This document shows positions 1 to 8,111 of a stretch of DNA of 64,000 bases, piece by piece. Numbering within the stretch: the first letter of the stretch is position 1; each line of letters starts with the position of its first letter. The position numbers were made by a program, and so were the translations under genes. Location of the stretch: NCBI GenBank assembly GCA_964429815.1, contig CAYSCM010000001.1, positions 437,705 through 501,704 on the forward strand. Direction: 5' to 3'. Under the pieces are notes generated by a model that had not been told where the DNA came from, did not search any database, and saw only the letters and a program-made list of their open reading frames with translations. This DNA is from an uncultured Candidatus Saccharibacteria bacterium (lineage in GTDB: Bacteria; Patescibacteriota; Minisyncoccia; Phycocordibacterales; CAYSCM01).

Positions 1-2
1 TC

Positions 3-1898
3 AAGAATGTTATGAAAGAGGTGGAACGCGCGGAAGGGAAGGTCATTCTCTTCATCGATGAGCTTCACACGATCGTCGGTGCTGGGGCCGCTGAGGGCGC
101 CATGGATGCTAGCAATATGCTCAAGCCCGCTCTTGCGCGCGGCGAGCTTCGTGTTGTCGGGGCGACGACTCTCAAGGAGTATCAAAAGCACATCGAACGC
201 GATCCGGCGCTTACGCGACGCTTCCAGCCGATCTACGTCCAAGAGCCGAGCCTCGACGATGCTATCGCCATTTTGCGGGGTCTCAAGGAGAAATACGAGC
301 TTTTCCATGGCGTGCACATCACCGATGACGCCATCGTCGCGGCGGCACAGCTCAGCTCCCGCTACATCAGCGATCGCTATCTCCCCGACAAAGCCATCGA
401 CCTCATCGACGAAGCCGCTTCCGGACTGCGCATATCGCTTGAGAACAAGCCTCCCATCCTCGAAGAAGCCCATCGGAAAATCTTGCGCCTCGAAATAGAG
501 AAGGAAGCGCTCAAAAAGGATGTCGAAGCAGGCACCAATTCCGCCAAAAATCGCGTTAAGAAAATAGACAAAGAGATCGCCGACCTCAAGGAGAAAACTT
601 CCGAGCTCTCGCTCAAGTGGAGCAACGAAAAGGCGACCCTCGGGGAAATAAAGGAGGCAAAAAAGACGCTCGAGAGTTTGCGCGTCGAAGCGGACGCTGC
701 GGAAGCGCGCGCCGACCTCGCCCGTGCGGCCGAGATCCGTTACGGCCGCATCCCGAACCTCGAAAAGGACCTCGATGCAAAAAGCAAGCGCCTCAAGAAG
801 CTCCAGAGCTCGCGTCGCATACTTAAGGAAGAAGTCACTGAGTCCGATATCGCCTCGGTCGTCGCGCGTTGGACCGGCATTCCGGTCGCCCGCATGCTCG
901 AGGAGGAGGCCGCGAAGCTCTCTCGCATGGAGGAGGAGCTCAGGAAGCGCATCATCGGCCAGGACGATGCCGTGAAGCGCGTCGCGGACGCCGTGAAGCG
1001 CTCACGTGCCGGCATCTCCGACCCCCACCGCCCCATAGGCTCTTTTCTCTTCCTTGGCCCCACCGGAGTGGGAAAGACCGAGCTCACCAAGGCGCTTGCT
1101 GAGTTTATGTTCGACGACGAGAAAGCTCTCATCCGCGTCGATATGTCGGAGTATATGGAGCGCCACGCGGTCTCTAAGATCATCGGGGCTCCTCCGGGCT
1201 ACGTCGGGCACGACGAAGGAGGCTCGCTCACGGAGATGATCCGTCACCGACCGTACTCGGTGGTCCTCTTCGATGAGATAGAGAAGGCTCACCCGGAGGT
1301 CTTCAACATCCTTCTCCAAGTGCTCGACAACGGCCGCCTCACGGACGCAAAAGGACGCGTGGTGAACTTCAAAAACACCATAATCATCCTCACGAGCAAC
1401 ATCGGTGCCGAATTCATGGACAAAGGGAGCTCTATCGGCTTTGCCGCGAAGGGGGGCGAGGTTGCCGAATACGAGCAGATAAAAGAGAAAGTGACGGGCC
1501 GCCTCAAGGATTACTTCCGTCCCGAGTTCATCAATCGCCTCGACGAGATCATCAACTTCAACATTCTTTCGCAGGAAGCTATAGCCAATATCGTAAAGCT
1601 TCAGGTCGAGGTCGTGCGCAAGCGGCTCCTCGAAAAAGAAATCGAGCTCGAGATTGCGCCGGAGGTTTATGCCTACCTCGGCAAGGAGGGCTATAACCCG
1701 CAGTATGGTGCTCGACCACTGAAGCGCTTGATCCAGAACAAAATTCTCACCCCCATTGCCTCACTTATGGTGTCCCACGGAGTCATGGAAGGAGGTCTTA
1801 TCTCGATCGGCCTCAAGGGCGAAGAGTTTACCTTCGAGGTAAAGAAAGGGAAGATCCGCTCGCACTTCTCGGCAAAGAAGCAAAAAGCCACAGCATAG
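3..1898 (+). CDS. clpB: ATP-dependent chaperone ClpB, C-terminal ~630 aa. The 5' end lies upstream of the window.
   Basis: Second AAA+ module with Walker A GPTGVGKT and sensor region, a ClpB middle coiled-coil and the C-terminal D2 small domain. The open frame continues to window position 3 with no start codon. Confidence 0.9.
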   Translation, partial: KNVMKEVERAEGKVILFIDELHTIVGAGAAEGAMDASNMLKPALARGELRVVGATTLKEYQKHIERDPALTRRFQPIYVQEPSLDDAIAILRGLKEKYELFHGVHITDDAIVAAAQLSSRYISDRYLPDKAIDLIDEAASGLRISLENKPPILEEAHRKILRLEIEKEALKKDVEAGTNSAKNRVKKIDKEIADLKEKTSELSLKWSNEKATLGEIKEAKKTLESLRVEADAAEARADLARAAEIRYGRIPNLEKDLDAKSKRLKKLQSSRRILKEEVTESDIASVVARWTGIPVARMLEEEAAKLSRMEEELRKRIIGQDDAVKRVADAVKRSRAGISDPHRPIGSFLFLGPTGVGKTELTKALAEFMFDDEKALIRVDMSEYMERHAVSKIIGAPPGYVGHDEGGSLTEMIRHRPYSVVLFDEIEKAHPEVFNILLQVLDNGRLTDAKGRVVNFKNTIIILTSNIGAEFMDKGSSIGFAAKGGEVAEYEQIKEKVTGRLKDYFRPEFINRLDEIINFNILSQEAIANIVKLQVEVVRKRLLEKEIELEIAPEVYAYLGKEGYNPQYGARPLKRLIQNKILTPIASLMVSHGVMEGGLISIGLKGEEFTFEVKKGKIRSHFSAKKQKATA

Positions 1899-1960
1899 GT
1901 GGGGTTTGTAAAAAGAAAGCCGCCCAATGTGGGACGGCCTTTAGTCGGTCATCACGATGC

Positions 1961-2452
1961 CTAAAGTGGTACAGCTTCGTGAGCGATGTTCTCCATGAAG
2001 TTTGAATCGCGGTGGGGGAGTAGACATTGGAGTGTCGACAGATTCTGCCTCCAGTTTGGAGGAAAGCAGAATATATCGAGGACTCCACAGTAGTGAGCGC
2101 TCAGTTTGTAAATGAGGTCATCGGCCGTGGGGCCAAAGGTATCACGAAGAAGTTCTCTCCAGGCCCCGAAGTCTTCATGTTGGAAGGTGGGATCTTGGTT
2201 GTCGTCGTAGTCATCGAGATCGCTGATTTCAAACGAGGTCCATCGCGTCTCGACCCCAGCTGCTATGTGAGCAGCTTCCTGGCGTTTTGCGACAAAAAAA
2301 TGGGCAGCGATAAAATCTGGGACGGTCAGGATGATGTCAATATCGCCACCCCTTCCTTCGCGCGCGATGCTACCGAACAACTCTACCGATTGCACGTATG
2401 GACAACTGCGCAGTACCTCGGCCACCTTTTTTGCGTCCGCAAGTGTAGGCAT
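1961..2452 (-). CDS. Pol-beta-superfamily nucleotidyltransferase domain protein (163 aa)
   Basis: Contains LFGSIAREGRGGDIDIIL, the classic GS-x9-DxD nucleotidyltransferase motif. The C-terminal ~90 aa are unassigned. No HEPN partner gene is adjacent. Confidence 0.55.
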   Translation of the reverse strand: MPTLADAKKVAEVLRSCPYVQSVELFGSIAREGRGGDIDIILTVPDFIAAHFFVAKRQEAAHIAAGVETRWTSFEISDLDDYDDNQDPTFQHEDFGAWRELLRDTFGPTADDLIYKLSAHYCGVLDIFCFPPNWRQNLSTLQCLLPHRDSNFMENIAHEAVPL

Positions 2453-2569
2453 GCTAGCCTCCTTACATGTTCATTCTCTGAAAAATATTATATCAATAAA
2501 AATTTAAAATGTCAAAGCTCGCCAGCGAGGGATTTTAAAAAGACAAAAAAAATGCTAGCCTAGCTTCGC

Positions 2570-2653
2570 GCGTCGGTGGCGGAGTGGTCAATCGCACCTG
2601 ACTGTAAATCAGGCGGCTTTATGCCTACGGGGGTTCGAATCCCTCCCGGCGCA
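2570..2653 (+). tRNA. tRNA-Tyr (anticodon GTA), long variable arm, CCA not encoded
   Basis: Cloverleaf folded by hand. Acceptor GCGTCGG pairs with CCGGCGC (one G-U). Anticodon stem CCTGA/TCAGG carries loop CTGTAAA. T-loop is GGTTCGAATCC. The long extra arm is typical of Tyr. Confidence 0.8.
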
Positions 2654-2785
2654 CTACGTGACAAGTACTCTAAATAAGAGTACTGTTAAGAGCAGAGTAC
2701 CTGTAGCGCGACGCTGCAGGTGCGTTCCTAGGGCAAGCGTGATGCTTGTCTAACAATACGGCGCGATGCCGTAAGGAGTAGTACC

Positions 2786-3211
2786 ATGAGACGTTCGAAT
2801 GTTGACGCAATTTATGCGGAAAATCCCTTTCTGTCGAAAGTGATCGCGAGAGTCAAGGTTCCAGATGCGCAGGTGAAGCGCTGGAACGAAGATTTCCTCG
2901 GCAGCACACCCGACACCTACCCTGATTCAGGAACTGAAAAGATTTACCTGATCGACGGACAAGGCAACAAGATCGTACGCGTGGGAAGTCTTTCTGATCG
3001 AATCACTGGATTCTTTGGACTCCACCAGAACAGCGAAACGGTCGGACAGGCCTTAGCGCGTATCGGCGACAAAACTCGCCAGGTGCAGTACGCGGTCGGA
3101 GAGTGGAACGGGAGGGTCATTTTGTGGAAACTCCCGAACGGCTACAACAACGCAGCCGATTGGTTGAGGTCGCGGATTGCGGAAGCTCGGGCTGAGCTGA
3201 AAGCATCCTGA
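2786..3211 (+). CDS. hypothetical protein (141 aa)
   Basis: SD AAGGAG lies 7 nt upstream of the ATG. Two rho-independent terminators follow. No recognisable domain. Confidence 0.6.
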   Translation: MRRSNVDAIYAENPFLSKVIARVKVPDAQVKRWNEDFLGSTPDTYPDSGTEKIYLIDGQGNKIVRVGSLSDRITGFFGLHQNSETVGQALARIGDKTRQVQYAVGEWNGRVILWKLPNGYNNAADWLRSRIAEARAELKAS

Positions 3212-3236
3212 TCAACCTACCAGAATAATTGTTTGA

Positions 3237-3270
3237 CCCCAGGCAATCCGGCCTGGGGTTTTATGTTTTC
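3237..3270 (+). terminator. rho-independent terminator
   Basis: Stem ccccaggc / gcctgggg with loop aatccg, followed by ttttatgtttt. Confidence 0.6.
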
Positions 3271-3310
3271 TGATCTAAAACCATTCCGATATCGTTCCAT
3301 ACGGCGCACC

Positions 3311-3352
3311 AAAACAAAAACCCACAGCGAAAGGCTGTGGGTTTTTGTTTTG
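3311..3352. terminator. bidirectional rho-independent terminator
   Basis: Stem cccacagc / gctgtggg with loop gaaag. It is flanked by aaaacaaaaa on the 5' side and tttttgtttt on the 3' side. Confidence 0.6.
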
Positions 3353-3369
3353 GCTCTATACTTAACTCA

Positions 3370-4662
3370 ATGAGCAAAAAGCTCGCCTTCTTTATATTTA
3401 TTGTGTCTGTCGTTGCCGTGTTGGTCGCGACAGCAGTGCAGACATCCGCGGCTCCCATCGTGCCGCAGGTATCCGCCCAGCCCGGCTCTGTTGAAGGCGG
3501 TCCGCTTCGCGCCTGCGACCTCCTCACCCTCTACAACAACATCCTCCGGTTCGGGATCTATGCTGCGACGGTTATTGCGACCCTCATGCTTACCTACGCG
3601 GGCTTCCTCTACATCACCTCCTCGGCCAAGATAGGAAACATTGAAAAGGCACACGGGATTTTTACCAATGTCATCATCGGCTTCATCATTGTCCTCGTCG
3701 CGTGGCTTATCGTCTCGACTCTTTTGCGCGTGTTTACCGCGCAATCGAACTACAATCCGTTCGCCGCGATACAGTGCAATGTTGAAACACCGACGACGAC
3801 GCGCAACGTCACCCCTGCCGGATTTGAAACACAGTCCTATTCTGACTATCCCACCGGTCTTCCCGCCGGAGAGGTTCCGGTGTGCCTCACCGCCGATAGC
3901 GACAGCAATTGCACCACCTACGCTTCCATCGGGCTGCAAGACTCGACCCTTCTTGAGTGCCAGGATCCCGGAGCAACCGGCGAGCAGTACTGTTGCTCGA
4001 TGACTAACGCCGACGGCTCATGTAAGCTAGCGGTCACGGTCGGGCCAAATGGCCAACCTTCCTACAACAACGATGTGGGTGAGAATCTCTACGTAAATCC
4101 GAATGTGGGGCTCACTGGCGTTGCCCCGACAGAAGGTATTTGCTCCCCGGATGCGCTCCAGAGCGTGTGGGGAGATAACGCCGCAACCGCTGGGTGCATA
4201 TGCGCTTCAGAAAGTGGTGGGGGGCTCTACAACGGCATTACGGGCCCGCGCACGGACGTCATGCTCATCGATCAACAGCAGCCAGATGGTTTTTATCCAG
4301 GTTTTTCGGCATGCCCATTCCAGCTCAACGTCACGAGCCTTCCGGCACAATATGGTGGATGTGGCGCGTATACCTGCAATACCAACACACAGGCGTGTAT
4401 GATAAACGGTGTATTAACGCCACCCAATCCCACGAAATGCGATACAAATGTATCAGCCTATGAGCAAACCCTTGGATACAAGGAAGGGGCTCTGAGTCGA
4501 AACGGAGGCTATTGCCATGTGATAACCAATCAACCCGCCTTTAACTCCTGCGTGCAAAACCTTCTTACACCCGGGGGATGTGCCAAGGGAGCTCAATATC
4601 TTCTTGCCAATGGCGGCTGGGCGCACTGGAGTACGAGCGCTAAAAAATGCCGAGCTATATGA
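3370..4662 (+). CDS. TrbC/VirB2-type (T4SS-pilin-like) membrane protein with a Cys-rich extracytoplasmic C-terminal domain
   Basis: A signal peptide is followed by the conserved block ACDLLTLYNNILRFGIYAATVIATLMLTYAGFLYITS...KAHGIFTNVIIGFIIVLVAWLIVSTLLRVF, i.e. two TM helices. Then comes a ~300 aa domain rich in Cys, Gly, Asn and Thr. The true start is taken at MSKKLAFF because the ORF-track start at 3337 lies inside the terminator. Confidence 0.65.
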   Translation: MSKKLAFFIFIVSVVAVLVATAVQTSAAPIVPQVSAQPGSVEGGPLRACDLLTLYNNILRFGIYAATVIATLMLTYAGFLYITSSAKIGNIEKAHGIFTNVIIGFIIVLVAWLIVSTLLRVFTAQSNYNPFAAIQCNVETPTTTRNVTPAGFETQSYSDYPTGLPAGEVPVCLTADSDSNCTTYASIGLQDSTLLECQDPGATGEQYCCSMTNADGSCKLAVTVGPNGQPSYNNDVGENLYVNPNVGLTGVAPTEGICSPDALQSVWGDNAATAGCICASESGGGLYNGITGPRTDVMLIDQQQPDGFYPGFSACPFQLNVTSLPAQYGGCGAYTCNTNTQACMINGVLTPPNPTKCDTNVSAYEQTLGYKEGALSRNGGYCHVITNQPAFNSCVQNLLTPGGCAKGAQYLLANGGWAHWSTSAKKCRAI

Positions 4663-5219
4663 GAAAACTATTACTCACCATCGTGCTCCTTCTTGTAGCG
4701 GTTGTCATCGGTGGTGGAATCTACGTATTCCTCGTTTCGCGCAGCACCCAGCCGGCAAGCGTACAAAACGAAACGGGAACTTCGCCTTTTGGCAGCGGCG
4801 CAGGAGCTATTCCTTCTGGCGGCAGCGGGCAAGGAAATACCACGTCCAGCCAAACCTCGGAGCAATTCATCGTCCTGGGAGCTGACGGTAGCATGATTTC
4901 GGTAGCTGACTTCCGCTCAGAGCCGGGAGTGCAAGAGCTTTCTGACGGGAGCTATCGGCTCGGTCCATTCACCGGAAGCTCGACGTATCAAATTCTCTAC
5001 TATGCCGCCGACAAGAGCTTCACGGTGACTCTTCTCGAGGAGCCACTGGGAGCCACGAGAGAGAGCGCAGAGCAGTACCTCATGAATGCTCTCCAAATCG
5101 GCAAACCCCAGATGTGCAGATTGCGCTATGGTGTCTACGTGCCCATCAAGATCAGCCAGTTCTATGCGGCCACCAATCTCGGATTTAGTTTCTGTCCTCG
5201 CGCGATAAAACTACCATGA
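4659..5219 (+). CDS. membrane-anchored hypothetical protein
   Basis: One N-terminal TM helix (LLLTIVLLLVAVVIGGGIYVFLV). ATGA overlap with the upstream gene. Its stop overlaps the next start, so the three genes are translationally coupled. Confidence 0.6.
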   Translation: MRKLLLTIVLLLVAVVIGGGIYVFLVSRSTQPASVQNETGTSPFGSGAGAIPSGGSGQGNTTSSQTSEQFIVLGADGSMISVADFRSEPGVQELSDGSYRLGPFTGSSTYQILYYAADKSFTVTLLEEPLGATRESAEQYLMNALQIGKPQMCRLRYGVYVPIKISQFYAATNLGFSFCPRAIKLP

Positions 5220-6109
5220 TACGCACCGCCGCAATCGCGCTCATTCTCTTGTGCGTCTTTGTCGTGACACCCTTTGCGCACGCGCAGAGTTTTGCTGGTC
5301 CCATAGTCCCCGATTGTGGTGGTGGCCCGTGCCAAGCCTGCCACCTCGTAAAGCTTGCGGACAACCTCCTGCGTTTCGGCATCTATCTGGCGACCGTCAT
5401 TGCGACTCTAATCCTTGTCTATGCGGGTATTCTCTACATCACCTCAGCGAGCAACCCCAGCAATATTTCGAAAGCACACAGTTTATTTGGGAATGTCATT
5501 CTCGGTTTTATCATCATACTCATCGCTTGGATCGTCGTTGCTACGCTGCTGCGGGTTTTTCTCGGACAGGGCAAAGCTCTTCCGTGGGAGCAGCTCACCT
5601 GTAACGTCACGGCGAATCCTGGCCCGACACCCTCGACCACGCCTCCAGGACTAACCGTAGCACCCCTTGCAGCTCCGCCAGGGGAAGGACAGCTCACTGA
5701 TCCGCAGGCGCGCCTTTCAATTGCCGCCTATAATGAGTCTCATCCTGACGCGCAGGTGTTAACTTGTGGTGATACAGCTTCCTGCCCGGCAATTCGCGAC
5801 CGCGTCCTGTACGGCGGTATTGATAACGGCCTTCTCCAAAATGTCCTTGATACTACCTCTGCGGCCAATAGGGGGAACACCATTGTTACCTCCGCGGCAA
5901 ATGAGCGTACTTCAGCTTCCAATCACCCAAGCGGCAATGCAATTGATATATACGGCACAAGCGCTTTCAATGCCTATGTTCAAAGCTTTCCGGCGGTCCC
6001 AGGTCTTTCAAACACATACCAGGTCGGGAATTATCGATACTGGTGGGAGCCATCAGGCACGGCTAATTCAACAGGGGACCATTGGCATATCTCAAAGACC
6101 GGACGTTGA
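5216..6109 (+). CDS. TrbC/VirB2-type pilin-like membrane protein fused to an LAS/M15-type metallopeptidase domain
   Basis: The N-terminus is paralogous to the protein at 3370-4662 (CHLVKLADNLLRFGIYLATVIATLILVYAGILYITS...KAHSLFGNVILGFIIILIAWIVVATLLRVF). After a Pro/Thr linker the C-terminus carries SNHPSGNAID (H-x6-D) and DHWH (H-x-H). These are the zinc-ligand signature of LAS / peptidase M15 cell-wall peptidases. Confidence 0.6.
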   Translation: MIRTAAIALILLCVFVVTPFAHAQSFAGPIVPDCGGGPCQACHLVKLADNLLRFGIYLATVIATLILVYAGILYITSASNPSNISKAHSLFGNVILGFIIILIAWIVVATLLRVFLGQGKALPWEQLTCNVTANPGPTPSTTPPGLTVAPLAAPPGEGQLTDPQARLSIAAYNESHPDAQVLTCGDTASCPAIRDRVLYGGIDNGLLQNVLDTTSAANRGNTIVTSAANERTSASNHPSGNAIDIYGTSAFNAYVQSFPAVPGLSNTYQVGNYRYWWEPSGTANSTGDHWHISKTGR

Positions 6110-6169
6110 CGCCTTCCTCGCGGTCTTGTATATTCTCCTTCACAGGGCAAGGCCCTTATTTTAATTTTC

Positions 6170-6328
6170 ATGTCACAAGATAGGCTTCTCAGGCTCAATT
6201 GCAGCGTCTGTAAGAACACCAATTATTGGACGAGCAAAAATAAAAAACTTGTCGAGCGCAAACTCGAGTTTAAAAAGTATTGCAAATTCTGCCGCAAGCA
6301 GACTATCCACAAGGAGGCAAAGAAATAA
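6170..6328 (+). CDS. rpmG: 50S ribosomal protein L33 (52 aa)
   Basis: Hand translation gives MSQDRLLRLNCSVCKNTNYWTSKNKKLVERKLEFKKYCKFCRKQTIHKEAKK. The C-x2-C...C-x2-C knuckle and the NY.T.KNKK / LE.KKYC..C.K.T.HKE pattern match L33. It is under 60 aa, so absent from the ORF track. Confidence 0.85.
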   Translation: MSQDRLLRLNCSVCKNTNYWTSKNKKLVERKLEFKKYCKFCRKQTIHKEAKK

Positions 6329-6330
6329 TC

Positions 6331-6358
6331 AAAACACCGCCCCCAGGGGCGGTGTTTT
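6331..6358. terminator. rho-independent terminator after rpmG
   Basis: aaaacaccgcccc-cag-ggggcggtgtttt: a 13-bp GC-rich stem flanked by A and T runs. Confidence 0.6.
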
Positions 6359-6394
6359 GATTTGAGGAGGGGAGTAAGGTAATTTAGATACGTT

Positions 6395-6466
6395 GGGCCT
6401 ATAGTTTAATTGGTAAAACAGCGGTCTCCAAAACCGCCATTCCCCGTTCAAGTCGGGGTGGGCCCG
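6395..6466 (+). tRNA. tRNA-Trp (anticodon CCA)
   Basis: Acceptor GGGCCTA/TGGGCCC. Anticodon stem GCGGT/ACCGC with loop CTCCAAA. T-arm CCCCG-TTCAAGT-CGGGG. Confidence 0.8.
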
Positions 6467-7367
6467 CCTGGAATTTATACGAGAGCGCTTTCTTCGCGGA
6501 CGAAAACCAACGTATGCCGTTGTCACGTTTCCACCACGTCATCTGTCGACGCGAGAACTGCCAAATGGCAGCCTCAAGCCGCGTGAGCATCTCCTCTTTG
6601 GATAGTTTCCCCTCAAGGTAGTCGGCGAGATAGCGATACTCAAGTCCAAGCTCACGCATGCGCTTCAAGCGGAGCCCCCTTCGTCGTAGGCGCTTCGCCT
6701 CAGCGACCATTCCCTCTCGTATACGGGCATGAAGACGTTTCGCAATGTTGGCTCGGAGTTGCGAGTCTTTTGGCCGTATCCCGATTGTTACTGCCTCGTA
6801 GCGTGGTTTCGGGAGCTCTGCGGTTTTTTCTGCTGCGAGTGCGACCTCGATGGCGCGAATGAGACGCACGGGATTTTGCTTGTCGATAGTGAGATAGCGA
6901 CGCGGGGCGAGCTCTTTAAGGAGTGTTTTGAGTTCTGGGAGCGTCTTCTTTCTTAAATGATGTCTGAGAGCGGCGTCTGGCCGGACATTGGCAAGCTTTG
7001 TCTTACCGAGTGCGGCATCGATGTAAAACGCCGAGCCGCCGACCATGATGGGCAGTTTACCGCGCCGCGCTATATCCTCGATAGCGGCGCGGGCAGCGAT
7101 AGCGAAATCATACGCAGTGAAGACCCGCTTAGGGTCAGCGATGTCGAGGAGGTGATGGCGGACACCTTTCATCTCACGTTTCGTAATTTTGCCCGTGCCA
7201 ATCGTGAGACCGCGATATACCTGTCGAGAATCCGCGGAAATTATCTCGCCGTTAAGTTTTTTTGCCAGTCGCACACCCAGGCCGCTTTTCCCAGAGGCTG
7301 TGGGGCCGACTATAACGAGCACTTTTGTTCTTACGGACCTGTTTTTGTATACTTCTTTCGTACTCAT
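6399..7367 (-). CDS. miaA: tRNA dimethylallyltransferase
   Basis: P-loop VIVGPTASGKSGL, then EIISADSRQVYRGLTIGTGK and the rest of the MiaA core. The 3' ~65 nt of the ORF are antisense to tRNA-Trp. Confidence 0.85.
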   Translation of the reverse strand: MSTKEVYKNRSVRTKVLVIVGPTASGKSGLGVRLAKKLNGEIISADSRQVYRGLTIGTGKITKREMKGVRHHLLDIADPKRVFTAYDFAIAARAAIEDIARRGKLPIMVGGSAFYIDAALGKTKLANVRPDAALRHHLRKKTLPELKTLLKELAPRRYLTIDKQNPVRLIRAIEVALAAEKTAELPKPRYEAVTIGIRPKDSQLRANIAKRLHARIREGMVAEAKRLRRRGLRLKRMRELGLEYRYLADYLEGKLSKEEMLTRLEAAIWQFSRRQMTWWKRDNGIRWFSSAKKALSYKFQAGPPRLERGMAVLETAVLPIKL

Positions 7368-7380
7368 TAACTACATACTT

Positions 7381-7959
7381 ATGGAAACCATCACACCGAT
7401 CCACATCGGACAAAAAGTCCCAGATCTAGCCTTCAATGTCTACCACAATGATAAGGAGAAGAAAATGAGCCTCTCTGATTTCAAAGGGAAGTGGCTTATC
7501 CTCTTCTTCTATCCAAAGGACTTTACCTTCGTGTGCCCGACCGAGCTCGAAGAGATGGCCGGCCTTTATGATAAGTTCAAAAAAGAGGGGGCAGAGATCG
7601 TCTCGGTCTCAACCGATACCGTGCAGGTGCATAAAGCCTGGCATGACACGTCCGAAGCTATCAAAACGATAACCTTTCCGATGGCTGCGGACCCAACGCA
7701 CGCCCTCACGCACACCTTCGGTGTCCATATCGAGGAGGAGGGTGTGGCACTACGCGGCTCATTCGTGGTTGACCCTGAGGGAGTGCTTCAGGCGCTTGAG
7801 ATAAACCCCGATGGGGTAGGGCGTAATGCGAAGGAACTTTTGCGCAAGGTGCAGGCGCTCAAATTCGTCCGGGAGCACGGGGACAAAGTGTGTCCGGCGA
7901 GCTGGGAACCGGGGGACGAGACTCTTACTCCCGGAATGGACCTTGTCGGGAAAATATAG
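7381..7959 (+). CDS. ahpC: 2-Cys peroxiredoxin (AhpC/TSA family)
   Basis: Peroxidatic-Cys motif FTFVCPTE and resolving Cys in VCPASW. The true start is METITP; the ORF-track N-terminus is a read-through. Confidence 0.85.
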   Translation: METITPIHIGQKVPDLAFNVYHNDKEKKMSLSDFKGKWLILFFYPKDFTFVCPTELEEMAGLYDKFKKEGAEIVSVSTDTVQVHKAWHDTSEAIKTITFPMAADPTHALTHTFGVHIEEEGVALRGSFVVDPEGVLQALEINPDGVGRNAKELLRKVQALKFVREHGDKVCPASWEPGDETLTPGMDLVGKI

Positions 7960-8012
7960 CCGCTAGAGAAGTACCCTCTCCGGGTCTTCTGATCTACTAA
8001 CTCCATATTCTA

Positions 8013-8047
8013 GTTTTTTGCAAAAAACTAGAATATGAGATTTCTAT
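8013..8047. promoter_or_regulatory. perfect 34-bp palindrome, copy A of a motif that also flanks the ArsR gene
   Basis: catattctagtttttt-gc-aaaaaactagaatatg. Confidence 0.5.
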
Positions 8048-8068
8048 TATATATAGCGTCGCGGTCGG

Positions 8069-8104
8069 GGAATAAAAAGAAAAGCGGCGGCTCGTGAGAG
8101 CCGC
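8069..8104 (-). terminator. rho-independent terminator for pyrF
   Basis: Stem gcggcggctc / gagccgccgc with loop gtga. An A-run on the + strand gives a U-run for the minus-strand transcript. Confidence 0.55.
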
Positions 8105-8111
8105 CGCGGCA

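Noticed and set aside
3337-3369. ORF-track start of the first pilin-like gene at 3337
   Set aside because: It lies within the bidirectional terminator stem-loop. The signal peptide begins at MSKKLAFF (3370).
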